Assembly: GCA_963733055.1 (NCBI GenBank)
Contig: CAVTBR010000001.1
Span: 672,001 to 736,000 of the forward strand
Direction of reading: 5' to 3'
DNA: 64,000 bases
DNA from: Candidatus Bathyarchaeota archaeon
Lineage (GTDB): Archaea > Thermoproteota > Bathyarchaeia > 40CM-2-53-6
The notes beneath the pieces were generated by a model. The model saw only the letters and a list, made by a program, of their open reading frames with translations, had not been told where the DNA came from and ran no database searches. The position numbers and the translations under genes are program-made. Shown piece by piece: positions 9,929 through 18,355 of this stretch (positions within the stretch are counted from its first letter, which is position 1; each line of letters begins with the position of its first letter).

Positions 9929-10348
9929 TTAGTACTTTTCCACTTCTCCGCGTACTTGACCTGCCTTCAGAAGGGCGAAGTGGTGAACGTCAGTGGGGAC
10001 GCGTAGTTTACCTGTGTTGTGGATTCGATCAATCTTCTGGAACGCTTCCCGGTCAACGTCTTTGTCGAATGTTAGTTCTCCACTGTTCTCGAGGTGGAAG
10101 TTTCCAAGTTCCTTATGGAGCCCCATGATGTCGGCCTTGGAGAGGAGGACTGAACCAGCGATCACTAACCTTTTCGTGTCAAATACATCGGGGCTTTCCG
10201 ATGGAGACTGATGCATATATTGGGTCAAGGCCTCGTTTACGAGGTCTGCAACGTTCTTTCCTTGTTGCTTTGCTTTGGCTACCACGTTGTTGTAAGTATC
10301 CCGATCTAACCCGCGAATCAGGACAGCATTGTTTGCCATGTTAGCCAT
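9929..10348 (-). CDS. Hypothetical protein with N-terminal ribbon-helix-helix-like segment
   Basis: VLIRGLDRDTYNNVVAKAKQQGKNVADLVNEAL has an RHH pattern. Confidence 0.7.
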   Translation of the reverse strand: MANMANNAVLIRGLDRDTYNNVVAKAKQQGKNVADLVNEALTQYMHQSPSESPDVFDTKRLVIAGSVLLSKADIMGLHKELGNFHLENSGELTFDKDVDREAFQKIDRIHNTGKLRVPTDVHHFALLKAGQVRGEVEKY

Positions 10349-10482
10349 CTCACAAAGTTACCGTGCTTAATTTGATATCTTGATTACATTGATAACATCG
10401 CTTTCTTATAAATCTTGTTAATTCTAATAACACCCGTTAACTTGTATTATGTGATTGCCTCGTTTGCACATGCAAACGTGGC

Positions 10483-10683
10483 ATGGGCCAGAAAAAAGGA
10501 GGAAAAACAAGTTTGGTTGAAGACCTGGAAAGATTACTGTTCGAAGAAATCCCTGAGATGGAGACCCCTGGTATCAAGCGATGCGAGTGGTGCAAACAAC
10601 CCCTACCTAACGACCGGTACCACCTGAAGATATGCCCCCAGTGCCGCAAGGAATCCATCGACATCTTCATGAAAGCGCACTAG
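10483..10683 (+). CDS. Small zinc-binding protein
   Basis: CEWC-x11-CPQC; followed by hairpin CCCCGT/ACGGGG. Confidence 0.7.
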   Translation: MGQKKGGKTSLVEDLERLLFEEIPEMETPGIKRCEWCKQPLPNDRYHLKICPQCRKESIDIFMKAH

Positions 10684-10982
10684 AACCCCGTTTCAACACG
10701 GGGATCTCCCCTCCGAACAGGAATATCGAACACAAATCACCAATTTTGAATATCATTTATCCGTTCACGTATGATTCGATACTTCCACATCCATCATAGC
10801 GGCCGGACAACGCCCTCAGTTCACGTCCAAGGGATCCGGAAAAGATAACCGAGTTTTGTACGTGTCCCAAGATTCGTTTGACATTTACAAGATGCGAAAG
10901 ACAACTAACGGGCGGGGGTGATCTCTCTGGCTTTGAGGTCATCTAAGTTTTCGTTCAATGATCTAGCTGGATCGGAGTGAGG

Positions 10983-11528
10983 TCATTTTACTATGGATTC
11001 GAGTGGGACGTAGGTGTCGGTGTCATGAACGGCACCAAGTTTGGCGATTTTGTTCTCGACGAGAGAAGCTATTCTTTTGGGTGGGGGATTTACGAAGCTT
11101 TTTTCAACCTCCAGTTCAGCCAGGACATCCGCTTTTCCGAAAAGCAGGTAGACGCCACGGACCTCTGGCAAGGCCAGCAATTTGCTCATTAGTTCTTTTT
11201 CCTTGCCTGCCTCGCTCATGACAAAGACGAAGCCCTTCTGGGTCGGGCGTTCAGGCGCGGTTGAGGGACGAACCTCCGCCTCGATAGGTATGATCGTTCT
11301 CGTGTCGATAATGCCGCCAGCCTTCCTCACCTTATCAATGACAACCTCGGCAACTCGTTGCCTCGGGTCAATCTCCGTTTCCTCGGATTCGAGGGCTACC
11401 AATAGGTCGAATTTGCCTGTAATCAGATGAATCTCGCGAACTTCGGGCAGAGCCTTGAAGCGATCAAGGATCTCCCTTTCCATCCCCGGTTTCGTCTTTA
11501 CGAGAAGAAAACTCCTCAAATTAACCAC
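10983..11528 (-). CDS. Tandem Lrp/AsnC ligand-binding (RAM) domain protein without HTH
   Basis: Two repeats: LPEVREIHLITGKFDLL and LPEVRGVYLLFGKADVL. Confidence 0.85.
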   Translation of the reverse strand: MVNLRSFLLVKTKPGMEREILDRFKALPEVREIHLITGKFDLLVALESEETEIDPRQRVAEVVIDKVRKAGGIIDTRTIIPIEAEVRPSTAPERPTQKGFVFVMSEAGKEKELMSKLLALPEVRGVYLLFGKADVLAELEVEKSFVNPPPKRIASLVENKIAKLGAVHDTDTYVPLESIVK

Positions 11529-11764
11529 TAACTCTCAGTTCGACGGGGTCTTGACGTTTTAGCGTCATATAAGGTTTGGAGAAATCACGACCCTCCAAAA
11601 CTTGGGCCTCATGACAGGAAACCGGAACCCGATCAAACGTGATTTCCTAATCTGCGATTCATTGCTAAGAATCGATCATTTCTCCGCGCCGACTGGTTGG
11701 ACCTGAACGAATCATCCACAATCCGTTTTATTCAGAATATTATCGATGCGTCGAGGTGAATGCG

Positions 11765-11905
11765 ATGGTTTCAGCTGGTCTGATATTCCTGGGTTTACTG
11801 ATCAGAACGATCCTCGGTGCCGCAGTTGTCGTTGCATTAGTCTGGTTGATCTTCAAACTCGGTAAACTGGCGGAAGCATACACTAAGAAGCTTCAGCCAA
11901 AGTAG
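11765..11905 (+). CDS. Small membrane protein (46 aa, MVSAGLIFLGLLIRTILGAAVVVALVWLIFKLGKLAEAYTKKLQPK), not in ORF track
   Basis: GAGGTGA SD just upstream, TTTTAT TATA-like element near 11727, one TM helix, abuts next gene. Confidence 0.7.
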   Translation: MVSAGLIFLGLLIRTILGAAVVVALVWLIFKLGKLAEAYTKKLQPK

Positions 11906-12562
11906 GTGAACTTTGCCATGTTCTGTTCTAACTGCGGTGCCGAACTACCGACTGGAGCTCAAACCTGCTCGGGATGCGGCATGGCGACCACCCGGCTCTC
12001 GCCCATTTCCCCAACTGCACCGGAGAACACCGACCAGATAATTGCCGAGAATCCTTCATCTGATCTACAGCAGGTTCAATCCTCAATCCCGCTTAATGAT
12101 GGTGAAAGAATTCTTTGGCATAAGGAGACCACTCGAGGGTTGGTCCATAAGGAGGTAGTTATGGAGGAGGCGGTTACGAACAAGCGCTGCCTGAAATACA
12201 ACACGGAGAGCAAGCAGACCGTTGCTCAAATAGGAATGACACACTGGCCTGAGGTTGTAATAATGAACCTCCACAGGATCAACGACTCCCTCGGAGGTGG
12301 CGTATTTCTGACCCCTCGGATGTTCGGGCTACCAGGACTAGGCGGCTTTGGAGTTTACGGAGGGCCCAGGCGCGGGACGCTCAAGGTTTTCGGGGACATT
12401 TCCTTCCTTAGCGAGGGCAAGGTGATTATGACTTTCGAGAACGTGAAGGACCCGCAAGGGGTTAAGCAATTGGTGGAAGCGTTGAAACGTCAAGAAGGCT
12501 TTCAGGGTCCGGCTAGGGTCCGTCCTTGGTTAGGGCCACGGTTTAGGCCTCGGCAGCAGTAG
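11906..12562 (+). CDS. Zinc-ribbon domain protein
   Basis: MFCSNCGxxLxxGAxxCxxCG N-terminus; C-terminal part resembles bacterial PH-like domain (GDISF...FENVKDPxxV). Confidence 0.75.
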   Translation: MNFAMFCSNCGAELPTGAQTCSGCGMATTRLSPISPTAPENTDQIIAENPSSDLQQVQSSIPLNDGERILWHKETTRGLVHKEVVMEEAVTNKRCLKYNTESKQTVAQIGMTHWPEVVIMNLHRINDSLGGGVFLTPRMFGLPGLGGFGVYGGPRRGTLKVFGDISFLSEGKVIMTFENVKDPQGVKQLVEALKRQEGFQGPARVRPWLGPRFRPRQQ

Positions 12563-12620
12563 AGCAATTCACGTTATGGTTGCTGTTGATATGGAATAGA
12601 TGGGGAGCGTAGCGTCTTTC

Positions 12621-13772
12621 TCAACTAGCCAGCAAGGAGTGGTTTGCAGCCGCCACCGCGGATCCTGGTTGAAACCGGTACCCCTGCTTCTGGAGTGACC
12701 CTTCAACTGCCGAAAGGGTGGATAGGATATCGCTTCTGTTTACATTGCCCATATGCCCGACCCTGAATGCCTTATCCTTCAGTGGCCCCAACTCACCTGC
12801 AACAACAACGCCATAATCCTCGGCCATCGATTTGCGAAATTCGACGTCACTAACTCCCTTGGGATGATATGCAACGGTGAGAGTGTTTGATGCTACCGAA
12901 TCTTCACATAGAAGCTGAAGTCCCATTGCTTTGAGACCTGCGCGGAACGCGGTAGCGAGTTTTGTGTGGCGTTTGAATCTCTCCTCTAACCCTTCGGTTA
13001 GGATCATCCTGCAGCTCTCGTGTAGAGCGTAGACCATGTTAACAGCTGGAGTTGCGAAGTACTTCGTAGGTTCTTGAAGTATAGGCAGCCAACGCTTGAT
13101 GTCTCCGTAGTAGGTTGACGGCGGGGTTCTGCGTTTCTCCCTAGCCTCGAGAGCTTTCGAGTCAAAGGAGACTACCGTCATGCCTGGTGGTGCCGCGAGG
13201 GCTTTCTGTGATCCGGTGAAACAAACATTTATTCCCCAATCATCAACTCGAACATCCATCCCACCCATCGAACAAACCGAATCGACAACAAGCAACACCC
13301 CCTTCGCCTTTGCCAACGATCCAAGTTCTTTAACTGGATTGGCTACGCCGGTTGAAGTGTCGACATGGACCACCATCGCAACCTTGTAACGGGTCTCTGA
13401 TAATTTCCTCTCGAAATCTTCCAAGCGTGCAGCTGAACCCCACGGCACTTCCAACTTGTCCACGTTAGCTCCGAGGTTGTTGGAAATCTCTGCGAGGCGG
13501 TCGCCGAAATATCCGGCTGAAATAGAGAGTACTTTGTCTCCGGGTTCAATTATGTTTGAAAGTGCGACTTCAGCTCCGAGGGTACCCGTCCCCGCCAACG
13601 GGAGTATAGTCCCCTTCGTCTGGAATATTTTGCCGAGATCGGCAACGGTTTCCTTGAACATCGTCGCGAACGTCGTACTTGTGTGGGAGAGCGTGGGACG
13701 GGCCATCGAACGTAGAACCTTTGGGTCAACGTTCGTTGGGCCTGGAATCATTAGTAGATCACGTTCAGTCAT
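12621..13772 (-). CDS. Alanine-glyoxylate/serine-pyruvate aminotransferase family (class V PLP enzyme)
   Basis: LLMIPGPT, HVDTSTG, VDSVCS, GSQKAL (PLP lysine), FRVGHMG. Confidence 0.93.
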   Translation of the reverse strand: MTERDLLMIPGPTNVDPKVLRSMARPTLSHTSTTFATMFKETVADLGKIFQTKGTILPLAGTGTLGAEVALSNIIEPGDKVLSISAGYFGDRLAEISNNLGANVDKLEVPWGSAARLEDFERKLSETRYKVAMVVHVDTSTGVANPVKELGSLAKAKGVLLVVDSVCSMGGMDVRVDDWGINVCFTGSQKALAAPPGMTVVSFDSKALEAREKRRTPPSTYYGDIKRWLPILQEPTKYFATPAVNMVYALHESCRMILTEGLEERFKRHTKLATAFRAGLKAMGLQLLCEDSVASNTLTVAYHPKGVSDVEFRKSMAEDYGVVVAGELGPLKDKAFRVGHMGNVNRSDILSTLSAVEGSLQKQGYRFQPGSAVAAANHSLLAS

Positions 13773-13922
13773 TACGAAGACCTCGACGTGCGTGGGCCGA
13801 CCAAACGAGATTAAGCTTTTCGCCGTATTGCAGGGATACTAATTACTGGAAGCTGTCCCTGGTGCGAGAAAGATGAGTCGGACCCACACTTATTATGCCC
13901 CGTAGGAAGATTTTTCGGCGGT

Positions 13923-14063
13923 GCCGGGGTAGCCTAGCTAGGTAAGGCGACAGAGTCCCAGCGGATACTTGGGACGTTGAGCCTCGAGATCTGCTAACAG
14001 TTTGGGCCAAGATAGCTGTTGGTCCTCTGGGCCTCGTGGGTTCAAATCCCACCCCCGGCGCCA
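13923..14063 (+). tRNA. tRNA-Ser(CGA) with two introns (~13954-13981 at 30/31; ~13989-14013 at 37/38), CCA encoded
   Basis: Acceptor GCCGGGG/CCCCGGC+G+CCA; T arm GTGGG-TTCAAAT-CCCAC; variable arm GGTCC/GGGCC; removing both inserts gives ACAGC-CTCGAGA-GCTGT. Confidence 0.9.
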
Positions 14064-14265
14064 AAAGATCAGATTATCGAGCATTCTGCTAACGAAACGA
14101 GCACGTCGTTTAGAGTGTGCGCACCATCCGACCCACCTATGATTAACATTAAGGATTAGTCAGCGTCACAATTCCGGGCTGCCATGGACCAGTTTCTAAC
14201 CGCCGGGTACGCATTTCTGTGCGCTGGGACAAATCATATCAGCGTTCACGACCTTCTACTGAGGC

Positions 14266-14634
14266 ATGCCAGTTGAAGACATAGTCAAGAACCATGACCT
14301 CCTAGCTAAAGTGATGAGCCACTACAGGCATCACCTCGAACAGTTGCATAATGACAAGGAACTCCAATCTTTCATGAGCAACGCGATGAAAGCAAATCTA
14401 ACCTTCAACCACACAATCAAACAAATCGAGCAAATCCTAGCAATCAAAGGGGCCAAAACCATGGAAGAAGCAAAGAAGCATGCGGGACTTCTGACCCTCG
14501 CCATCTCCCAATACGCAAAAGACCTCGAAGCCATCCTCGAAAAAGCGAAGACCCTCCTTCCCGATATACTGGAAGGCGACCTAACCCGCCTAGAAACTGA
14601 GCTAAAAACGGTAAAAGCCTACCTAACCCAATAG
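14266..14634 (+). CDS. Hypothetical alpha-helical protein
   Basis: 122-aa ORF with amphipathic helical pattern, no overlap with real genes. Confidence 0.7.
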   Translation: MPVEDIVKNHDLLAKVMSHYRHHLEQLHNDKELQSFMSNAMKANLTFNHTIKQIEQILAIKGAKTMEEAKKHAGLLTLAISQYAKDLEAILEKAKTLLPDILEGDLTRLETELKTVKAYLTQ

Positions 14635-14665
14635 GGCGAGCATATCTCGCCGTTCAATTCGAGAA

Positions 14666-15121
14666 TCATACCAGCGACTTTTCCTTCCAATTCCTTGTGT
14701 TCGGGGCACCGTCTTCGTAAGTGTTGGTCATGCACTCTTCGAGTTCGAACTCAAAAAAGATGTACCTCTCCTTCGGAGTGTAAGGGCATCCCTTGACTGC
14801 CAAGTCTCGGGTGGCTGAATCGGTCACTAAGTGTGCGCGACCGGCTATGGTGAATTCGCCGTTTGTTCCATTCATGTCAGTGACGAGCGAGTGTATGGCG
14901 TAAAGTCCGTTGCGTTGCAAATCGCGCCCTTTAGGAGAGGTAGGCTCCATGAAAGCAAAGAGGTGGCCTGATGCGACAAACGGAGTGAATGGATGAACTC
15001 TTGGATATCCGTTCTTGCGGACGGTTGCCAAATACATAACGTGGTATTCCAGTCTCTTCAATCCGAACTCTGCCATCTCTGGCTGAACTGTCGCGAATTC
15101 TTCCCACGTTAACAACTTCAC
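14666..15121 (-). CDS. Pyridoxamine 5'-phosphate oxidase-like (split-barrel flavin-binding) protein
   Basis: YLATVRKNGYPRVHP, SPKGRDLQRN. Confidence 0.85.
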   Translation of the reverse strand: MKLLTWEEFATVQPEMAEFGLKRLEYHVMYLATVRKNGYPRVHPFTPFVASGHLFAFMEPTSPKGRDLQRNGLYAIHSLVTDMNGTNGEFTIAGRAHLVTDSATRDLAVKGCPYTPKERYIFFEFELEECMTNTYEDGAPNTRNWKEKSLV

Positions 15122-15136
15122 TCGGGTGCCTCATCG

Positions 15137-15412
15137 CTATACTCTGGTGGGCAACTCTGCTGGGCACTTTTTCCCCAAACACGACAAATACTCAGGACAC
15201 TGTTCGTTTGTTTCCCGAAATGGCCAAAGTCCGTGTCGAGCTAGAATTACGTTGATTTCTTTCAGGTTCCTGGGTTCCCGGAAAGAGCCGAATCCTTCGA
15301 TGGATAGACGGTATTCTGAATTGCGAACCTTTACCTGAGCTTTGCTCTTCGGCATACCATTTTCAAGTACGCAGTCAAGGCGGTAAATCCCATCTGGACA
15401 TTTCGTCCACAT
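15137..15412 (-). CDS. Hypothetical protein (Cys-containing)
   Basis: 91-aa ORF co-oriented with neighbour; no recognised motif. Confidence 0.4.
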   Translation of the reverse strand: MWTKCPDGIYRLDCVLENGMPKSKAQVKVRNSEYRLSIEGFGSFREPRNLKEINVILARHGLWPFRETNEQCPEYLSCLGKKCPAELPTRV

Positions 15413-15752
15413 TTTCTTAGCACTCTCAGTTACCCTTCACGTAAGCGTGACGGGGGGTAACTTTTCCTTTCAAACATATTCATTTGCCATGAAGTAGTAT
15501 ATGGAGATTTACAGTCGTTACGGCAATCGGAAAGGAGTTACAAGAAGTCTGTTTTGTCAATTCTCCAGGAGGTCTCGTCTGTATGCAATTTTTCACGCAC
15601 CGAGAAAGATACCAACGGATTCGAAGCAAATTCAACTACCCTCCTTAAACCATCCATCCCCCACCACTTGCCTTCTGTCTCAATTGGACACGTTTTTGAC
15701 AAGCAGGTAAATCATAAAAGGAGAACACAGCTTCTAGGTTGACTGAGAAACT

Positions 15753-16148
15753 ATGGCGCAGAAAAGTCGACCTATGGGGGTCACGATACTCGCGGTGCTT
15801 CAGGCGATTGGCGGATTATTGTTTCTGCTAGGTGGAGCTGGAATGATGATGGTCGGTTCACTTATGCCGATGGAGGGTTTTGCGATGCCGTTTCTTGGGG
15901 CTTTGGCGGGCGCGGTTGGAGGCATTTTCCTAATTCTCGGCGTAATCTCCCTGGTGATCGCATTCGGTCTCTTCACTGGCAGGGGTTGGGCGTGGCTTTG
16001 CTCGCTAATCTTTGCTGTAATAGGCATAGTCCTAGCACTCTTACAAGCAATCGGCAGCCTAGGCTCAGCAATTCTACCCATTGTAATCTACTTGATAATA
16101 ATCTACTATCTAACCCGACACCACGTGAAAGCCTTCTTCGGAAAGTAG
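15753..16148 (+). CDS. Small four-TM membrane protein
   Basis: RPMGVTILAVL start, GLFTGRGWAW, YYLTRHHVKAFF; a common archaeal membrane family pattern. Confidence 0.85.
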   Translation: MAQKSRPMGVTILAVLQAIGGLLFLLGGAGMMMVGSLMPMEGFAMPFLGALAGAVGGIFLILGVISLVIAFGLFTGRGWAWLCSLIFAVIGIVLALLQAIGSLGSAILPIVIYLIIIYYLTRHHVKAFFGK

Positions 16149-16185
16149 ACAAGCTCACGAGGCTTGTCCCACCCCTTTTCTGGGT

Positions 16186-16659
16186 CTACTTCAGTTGAAG
16201 TAGAGATTCGGTTTCATTTATCTGATCAGAGTAAATCTTCTTGTCTTCTTCGTCTTTGATGGATTCCAATTCCTTGCGCGCTTTTGCGAGGTATTCCCTG
16301 GCAAGTTGATGCTGCTGCGCAACCGCATAGGCCCGGGCGATTCCTTCATAGACGGACGGCAGTAAGTCGGATAGATTATTCTTGATCACCAATTCTAGGG
16401 ACGACTTTGCAAATATTAGGGAGGGTTCTGCCTGTTTGAGGTCAGCGTAGACCCGCGATATTTGCCATTCTCCGACGGCTAGATTTCGGGCGTTCCCGAC
16501 CAACCCCCAATGGTACCTTGATGCGTGTGCCAGGTTAAGCATCTGGATATTGTCGGCCGGTGTTCGATTCTTCTTATCGAGATAGTCCCAAGTCTTGTTG
16601 AAGCATTGTTTCGCCGTTTTTCTATGAAATTCCGATTCCTGCTTTGATAGTGTTGGCAT
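16186..16659 (-). CDS. Conserved hypothetical helical-repeat protein
   Basis: FNKTWDYL...AHASRYHW...GEWQISRVYA...YEGIARAY. Confidence 0.8.
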   Translation of the reverse strand: MPTLSKQESEFHRKTAKQCFNKTWDYLDKKNRTPADNIQMLNLAHASRYHWGLVGNARNLAVGEWQISRVYADLKQAEPSLIFAKSSLELVIKNNLSDLLPSVYEGIARAYAVAQQHQLAREYLAKARKELESIKDEEDKKIYSDQINETESLLQLK

Positions 16660-16696
16660 AGCTTCGAACCAAATTGCAACGAGTTAGTGTACGATA

Positions 16697-17116
16697 TCAA
16701 GTCTTGTGAACGGTTTTCTGACTCCATTCGCCTTTCTTCAGCTTAAGCCCTGGAATACCCCAACTCCAGGAAATTTGCGGAGTTATCCGCAGATACTTCC
16801 CAGGTCCGAACATACCTTCACGCTCCACGACCTCCGCCGTTCCGAACAACTTTATTCCCCGTGGCTTCCACGGGTCAACTGACTCGAGATCATCGATTAC
16901 TAGCCCAACCCGGCGATTGCCGGCTGTGACGCTCTTGTATTTGCGGGTCCGAAGAAAAATGTCCTGACTGTGGCTTCCAACGTAGAAATACTTGCCATCA
17001 AACTCGAAGGCGACTGGGACAACTTCAGGCTGACCCTTAGTGGACACAGTCGCAATCCTAGCGAGTCGCTGGGACTTCAGGTATTCAATCTCTGGCGTTG
17101 AAAGTGACAAGGCCAC
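16697..17116 (-). CDS. PPOX class (putative F420-dependent) oxidoreductase
   Basis: YLKSQRLARIATV...GQPEVVPV...IDDLESVDPWKPRGI...SWSWGI. Confidence 0.88.
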   Translation of the reverse strand: MALSLSTPEIEYLKSQRLARIATVSTKGQPEVVPVAFEFDGKYFYVGSHSQDIFLRTRKYKSVTAGNRRVGLVIDDLESVDPWKPRGIKLFGTAEVVEREGMFGPGKYLRITPQISWSWGIPGLKLKKGEWSQKTVHKT

Positions 17117-17223
17117 TCGCCTTGTAACTTGCCTAACTATGATTTATTGACTTACCTCTAACCGGTGATTGAAGTCGACCCTAGAATCCGCACATCTCCT
17201 CTACATTCCCGAGTACTCTAATT

Positions 17224-17247
17224 GGTCTACTTTTATCTTGGTAGACC
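17224..17247 (+). promoter_or_regulatory. Inverted repeat GGTCTAC-N10-GTAGACC flanking a TATA-like TTTTAT upstream of the VIT1 gene
   Basis: Perfect 7-bp arms; spacer holds the TATA-like element about 45 nt before the start. Confidence 0.4.
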
Positions 17248-17278
17248 GCCTATTCAGAAAACATCAGAACAAGATTGA

Positions 17279-18190
17279 GTGAAAGAAATGAGTAGTGTAA
17301 GCCTCGCGGATTTCGCATACATGAGCGCTGTGGACGAATATACGGACTATGTGGTCTACAAGAAACTGGCGGGCCTAGGGTTTGAGAAACGACACAGATT
17401 CAGCGGCACATTGAAACGACTGTCTGGGATGGAGTATGGACACTACCGTTTTTGGAGCAAGTATTGTCCTGACAGAAAGATCGGCGTAAGCAATCTGAAG
17501 GTTTACTTCATAATTCTCATACGATTGCTGCTCGGAGTCACATTCGCGGTCAAGTTTCTTGAAAGAAACGAAATGGGCACAATCAAGAAGTACAAAGACG
17601 TCGCGCATCAAATTCCACAAAGAGACCGCGCACAGTTCAGAAGGATGGTAGCCGATGAAGTGGAGCACGAGAATAAATTCGCAGAACAATTCGATGAACC
17701 CCACATAAAGTACATTTCATTCATTGTTCTCGGTCTGGCCGACGCCTTAGTGGAGATCGCAGGAATCCATGCAGGTTCACTAGGAATCTATAACCACACG
17801 GAGCTGGCAGGCTTAGCAGGGATCATAGCAGGTGCAGCAGCCTCTATAGCCATGGCATCAGCAGCCTACGCCCAAGCGAAAACCGGCTTCAAAGGGTCAG
17901 CAACTCTTTCAGCAATCTACACGGGAATATCCTATTTCATTACCGCCGTAATCCTAGCCACGCCATACTTTCTCACAACAATTATGGTTGACGCTCTAAC
18001 CGCCTCATTGCTACTCGCGGTTCTATTGATAGCTTTCATAAGCTTCTACGGATCAGTAATTTCCGGCGCCGCATTCAAGAAAGACTTCATCGAAATTACA
18101 AGCATTATGTTCGGTGCAACGGTTGCCCTCTACCTAATTGGAATCGTCATCAGATACCTCGTCGGACCAACCGTTCTAAAACTACTTTGA
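17279..18190 (+). CDS. Rubrerythrin/ferritin-like domain fused to VIT1/CCC1 transporter
   Basis: ExxH motifs (MEYGH, DEVEHE); VLGLADALVE, GAAASIAMAS in TM domain. Confidence 0.88.
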   Translation: MKEMSSVSLADFAYMSAVDEYTDYVVYKKLAGLGFEKRHRFSGTLKRLSGMEYGHYRFWSKYCPDRKIGVSNLKVYFIILIRLLLGVTFAVKFLERNEMGTIKKYKDVAHQIPQRDRAQFRRMVADEVEHENKFAEQFDEPHIKYISFIVLGLADALVEIAGIHAGSLGIYNHTELAGLAGIIAGAAASIAMASAAYAQAKTGFKGSATLSAIYTGISYFITAVILATPYFLTTIMVDALTASLLLAVLLIAFISFYGSVISGAAFKKDFIEITSIMFGATVALYLIGIVIRYLVGPTVLKLL

Positions 18191-18252
18191 TTCTGGCCAC
18201 CTTTCGACAAAAGGAACAAAGCTCATTAGGGGAAATTCATTCCTTATTGAGT

Positions 18253-18347
18253 GCGGCTTAGTCCGTGTGGTCAACTTGACGCGCAAACCACAAGACGAAG
18301 AGGAATTCCGGCCTGCGTTGGCCGCCTAACTCCCCTCTTTTCTTTTA
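18253..18347 (+). other. Candidate small structured transcript with micro-ORF 18276-18329 (MTRKPQDEEEFRPALAA)
   Basis: Helices GCGGCT/GGCCGC and TGTGGT/ACCACA, short ORF, CTCTTTTCTTTT terminator-like tract. Confidence 0.35.
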
Positions 18348-18355
18348 CTTGAGAG

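Noticed and set aside
10757-10942. 61-aa minus-strand ORF
   Set aside because: No recognisable motif or SD; cannot be supported
13843-14064. 73-aa minus-strand ORF MAPGVGFEPT...
   Set aside because: Antisense shadow of the tRNA-Ser gene
14064-17200. Integrated element at the tRNA 3' end
   Set aside because: No integrase and no repeat of the tRNA 3' end seen in the window
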